64,000 nt of DNA from Eubacteriales bacterium. Lineage in GTDB: Bacteria > Bacillota > Clostridia > Oscillospirales > QAKW01. Both the position numbers and the translations under genes were made by a program. The notes beneath the pieces were generated by a model. The model was not told where the DNA came from and searched no databases. It saw nothing but the letters and a program-made list of their open reading frames with translations. Of the stretch, positions 61,272 through 64,000 are shown piece by piece (positions within the stretch are counted from its first letter, which is position 1; every line of letters begins with the position of its first letter). The stretch is taken from positions 7,416-71,415 of the forward strand of contig JAZREO010000149.1 of NCBI GenBank assembly GCA_045660845.1, in the 5' to 3' direction.

Positions 61272-64000
61272 GCCCTATTACCGCAATTTTCACCGAATCG
61301 GTGGCAATATAGCGATGGTCAGCCGTATTGGTCACTACAATCGGCTCCAGCTCATAACTGCCCGGCATGGCACCCCTTACTTCTATTGAAACAGTATTAT
61401 TTCCAGCCAACAGCGGAAGATTGATCACACGAGTATTATATTCTGTCGAGACAGTCTGCTCCCACTCACCGACATAGAGCATCCCGCTCTCAAACCGCAG
61501 TCCTGCCGGGAGGATCAGATCCAGAGTCGGCAGTTCATAGTCCAACGGAACCTCTACCTCAAGGGTGATCTGGCGCACCTCGCCCAAAGGAAATTCTGTC
61601 GGAATCTCGGCACCGATCAAACCGCTGGCTTCGCCAAGCTGGCGCAGATCCTCCGCCACACCGTTATAGGCATAACTGACCACCGACTTTCCTTCGTTGT
61701 TAACAATACGAACATTGGAGGCCTGTTCCGGAGAAAGATTTAGTACCAGCGCGCCCATCTTTTGATAAGAATAAGACTCATTCCGTCCGTCACCGGTTGT
61801 GACCGTTACTCGATTCTCCCCGGCTGTTTCTAAAACATGATCATTCAGATAAGAGATCAGTTCTAAATTCAATAGAGTATAATCCGTATCTGTTTCCAAA
61901 ATAAAGTTGATCAGTCCCTCACTGCTTTCCAAGCTCAAACGATTGCTTAGCAGGGCGCAGCAGCCGGTCAGATCTTCCTCTACCGAGCCATTGATTCCCG
62001 CAAAAACGGTTTCATTTTCGATCACAAGAAAATCTTTCAGCCGGGTATCAAAAATATACCCAGCGGTATCATAATCGCCGCTATAGGCAAAGCCAAGCGC
62101 CAGATAAGCCGCCTCCTCCGGAGTAAAATCAGTCTGGTTCGAGTAGATCGTCTGCAGATCTGCGAGCACCGGTTCACCCAGGGCTGCCAATCCAAAATAA
62201 GAGATCAGGACATCTATCCGGGCAGCATGGCGATCATTGAGATATTGCTCAAAGGAAAATCTCATGCTTTCCTTATCGCAAAATTCCGCAGCCACCGCTG
62301 CCAACTTTGCTGAAACCCTTAAATCTGAGTTTTCATATTCCGGCAACAACTTAACACCAGCATAGTCCATATAAGAGCGGATTACCGAATAATCCAAGCT
62401 TTCCGCATCCATCCAAGTACCGGTACTGTAAAACTGATCTGCAAGATACTGCCCTAACACCTGGTCTACCCGATCCCCGGCGTTGCTTCTCAGACGCGCC
62501 ATTGCTTGCTGCCAGAAGGCGTTTTGTTCATCCACCACCGTCAGCGTTACATTTCCTCGCCGTGGCGACAGGTTTAAGGAAAGACCACTTTCCACCGCCT
62601 GCTGATGATGGATCCAGACTGCAGACTGTGTTTTTTCCACCGCAAAGGTCTTTATGACGCTGTCCTGCAGGTCACCGCATTTGGACTGAATATATGCGGT
62701 ATATACGCCGACATCCAGCGGACCGAAATTTAAATAGACATACTCTGCCTTCGGTGCCGAGGCGGTAAGAGTCTTGATCTCGTTGCCATCTCCATCAGTG
62801 AGTCCCACAGTGATCTCGTTGACTGCATCAGCGCTTGCTTTCAGACCGTCTCCTTTGACAGCCACTGTAAAATCATCGGTCACCTTAACAGTCTCACTCA
62901 TAGAGACATGAGCAAAATAATCCTGGGTAGAACGCAGAGAGAAGTTCTCCATCCCCGCCTGCACATCCTCCGAGACTGCCCGAGCGACCACCTTCCATTC
63001 GGTGATGGTGCCCGGCAAAGTAAAGGTCACCTTTGCCTTCCCATTGGCGTCTGTCCGGACCGTATCAAAATAGGGGGTATCTTCAAAATCCACGCGGCTT
63101 ATTTCGCCGCCACCGCCACCCTCACCGTGCAGCAGATCATCCATCATAAATTCCCGGTGGGACGCAGTGGTAAAGACCTCAGTGCTATAACATCTGGAGC
63201 CGTACACCGCATAGAGCGGATCTTCAAATTCGCCGCCAACCAGATATAGCGCCCGGTCCAGCACGCTCAAATTCAGCATTGTTTTCACCGGGTTTCCGTC
63301 AGTATCAGTTACCTTGAAGGTCAATGTAACTTCATCTCCGGGTTTATATTGCAGCTGATCCTTTTCCATCTTGATCTGTAGTCGAGACTGTTCCAGATCG
63401 TATTCCAGCACCTGGCTACCCAGAGAATAGACATGCTTACCGTCAAAATATGCACCGTAGATCATGACATCCGGGGCATATTCCTTTTTAAATTTCATGG
63501 TGTAGCGTCCGGAAGAGCCATGGAAATTTTCTGTGATCTCCCCGGCGATTGCGGTATAAAGCACGCTACCGCTGTTGATTGCTTCATTATCTCTGCCGTC
63601 CCGCACCAATAATTCAATCTCATCGCCGATGCCGGCAGAGGTCTTACTGGCGGTCAGGTTGTAGGTGTGCCGACACTCACTTGTATAATTATGGTTGGTC
63701 AAATAAGTTTTTATTGTCCCAGCGCCCTCGTTTTCACGCAGAACAACATAGTAATTGCGGTTGTCGTCCGGTTTTTCTGGAATTTTTAGCGTTCCAAGTC
63801 CGTCTGTTACCGTCATTTCAAAGGTGCGGACCAAGTTATCCTGTTCCTCATACTGCCAGGAGTAGACGACCTTTTTATTGATGGCATCGTAGGTGGTACC
63901 ATTGGGAACCTTATTATAAGTAATTTCATGAAGCTCGCCGGTCAGCGTTAAAGATGCCGCCGCACCCTTAAACTTCGCTGCGTTATAGGCATCTGCATAA
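61252..64000 (-). CDS. alpha-2-macroglobulin-family protein, C-terminal ~915 aa (5' end beyond window)
   Basis: The track ORF begins at a TTG at 63834. My translation shows the frame stays open upstream to base 64000 (...YADAYNAAKFKGAAASLTLTGELHEITYNKVPNGTTYDAINKKVVYSWQYEEQDN-LVRTFEM...). It has MG-type beta-sandwich repeats (KPGDEVTLTFKVTDTDGNPV), the A2M signature region (TPYFDTVRTDANGKAKVTFTLPGTITEWKVVARAVS) and a helical TED-like region. No CxEQ is present. Confidence 0.7.
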   Translation of the reverse strand, partial: YADAYNAAKFKGAAASLTLTGELHEITYNKVPNGTTYDAINKKVVYSWQYEEQDNLVRTFEMTVTDGLGTLKIPEKPDDNRNYYVVLRENEGAGTIKTYLTNHNYTSECRHTYNLTASKTSAGIGDEIELLVRDGRDNEAINSGSVLYTAIAGEITENFHGSSGRYTMKFKKEYAPDVMIYGAYFDGKHVYSLGSQVLEYDLEQSRLQIKMEKDQLQYKPGDEVTLTFKVTDTDGNPVKTMLNLSVLDRALYLVGGEFEDPLYAVYGSRCYSTEVFTTASHREFMMDDLLHGEGGGGGEISRVDFEDTPYFDTVRTDANGKAKVTFTLPGTITEWKVVARAVSEDVQAGMENFSLRSTQDYFAHVSMSETVKVTDDFTVAVKGDGLKASADAVNEITVGLTDGDGNEIKTLTASAPKAEYVYLNFGPLDVGVYTAYIQSKCGDLQDSVIKTFAVEKTQSAVWIHHQQAVESGLSLNLSPRRGNVTLTVVDEQNAFWQQAMARLRSNAGDRVDQVLGQYLADQFYSTGTWMDAESLDYSVIRSYMDYAGVKLLPEYENSDLRVSAKLAAVAAEFCDKESMRFSFEQYLNDRHAARIDVLISYFGLAALGEPVLADLQTIYSNQTDFTPEEAAYLALGFAYSGDYDTAGYIFDTRLKDFLVIENETVFAGINGSVEEDLTGCCALLSNRLSLESSEGLINFILETDTDYTLLNLELISYLNDHVLETAGENRVTVTTGDGRNESYSYQKMGALVLNLSPEQASNVRIVNNEGKSVVSYAYNGVAEDLRQLGEASGLIGAEIPTEFPLGEVRQITLEVEVPLDYELPTLDLILPAGLRFESGMLYVGEWEQTVSTEYNTRVINLPLLAGNNTVSIEVRGAMPGSYELEPIVVTNTADHRYIATDSVKIAVIGLDKSAE

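Noticed and set aside
1-64000. Search for CRISPR arrays, IS elements, transposases, integrases, prophage, toxin-antitoxin pairs, rRNA and long direct repeats.
   Set aside because: I could see none by reading the sequence and ORF translations. The intergenic regions are short and are explained by promoters, terminators, tRNAs and T-boxes. A computational repeat scan was not possible.

Overview
This 64-kb chromosomal window comes from a spore-forming Firmicute. The class Clostridia assignment is an inference from gene content only: a full spoIIIAA-AH operon, a split transketolase, and a ftsEX / M23 peptidase / S41 peptidase cluster. The window is densely coded, with about 65 protein genes, 3 tRNAs (Gly-CCC, Leu-CAG, Leu-GAG) and 2 T-box leaders (alaS, tyrS). 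Most of it is housekeeping: rarA, nth, secDF, eno, ldh, ftsEX, alaS, the ylxM-ffh-rpsP-KH-rimM-trmD block, ybaK-tyrS, pncB and mtaB. I saw no rRNA, CRISPR array, transposase, integrase or phage genes. The one accessory-looking block is 32.7-44.7 kb, and it is my best candidate for an undescribed system. It reads as a single minus-strand 8-gene operon with a 1021-aa binding protein carrying tandem CBM-like modules, two complete ABC permease pairs and no ATPase. An NHL-propeller/TPR protein, a Yip1-type membrane protein and a 742-aa secreted protein sit between the permease pairs. Several enzyme homologues have lost their catalytic motifs: a ClpP with all three triad residues substituted, two P-type ATPase homologues lacking DKTGT and the ion-site motifs (flanking rlmB), and an EF-G paralog with altered G3/G4 motifs. 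Other items are a TrmD-GNAT fusion, a Cys-rich protein behind a sigma-K-like promoter, a 42-aa Cys-rich peptide below the ORF-track cutoff, and a thioester-less alpha-2-macroglobulin-like gene that runs off the window end. All family calls come from motif recognition and by-eye alignment; no database search was possible.
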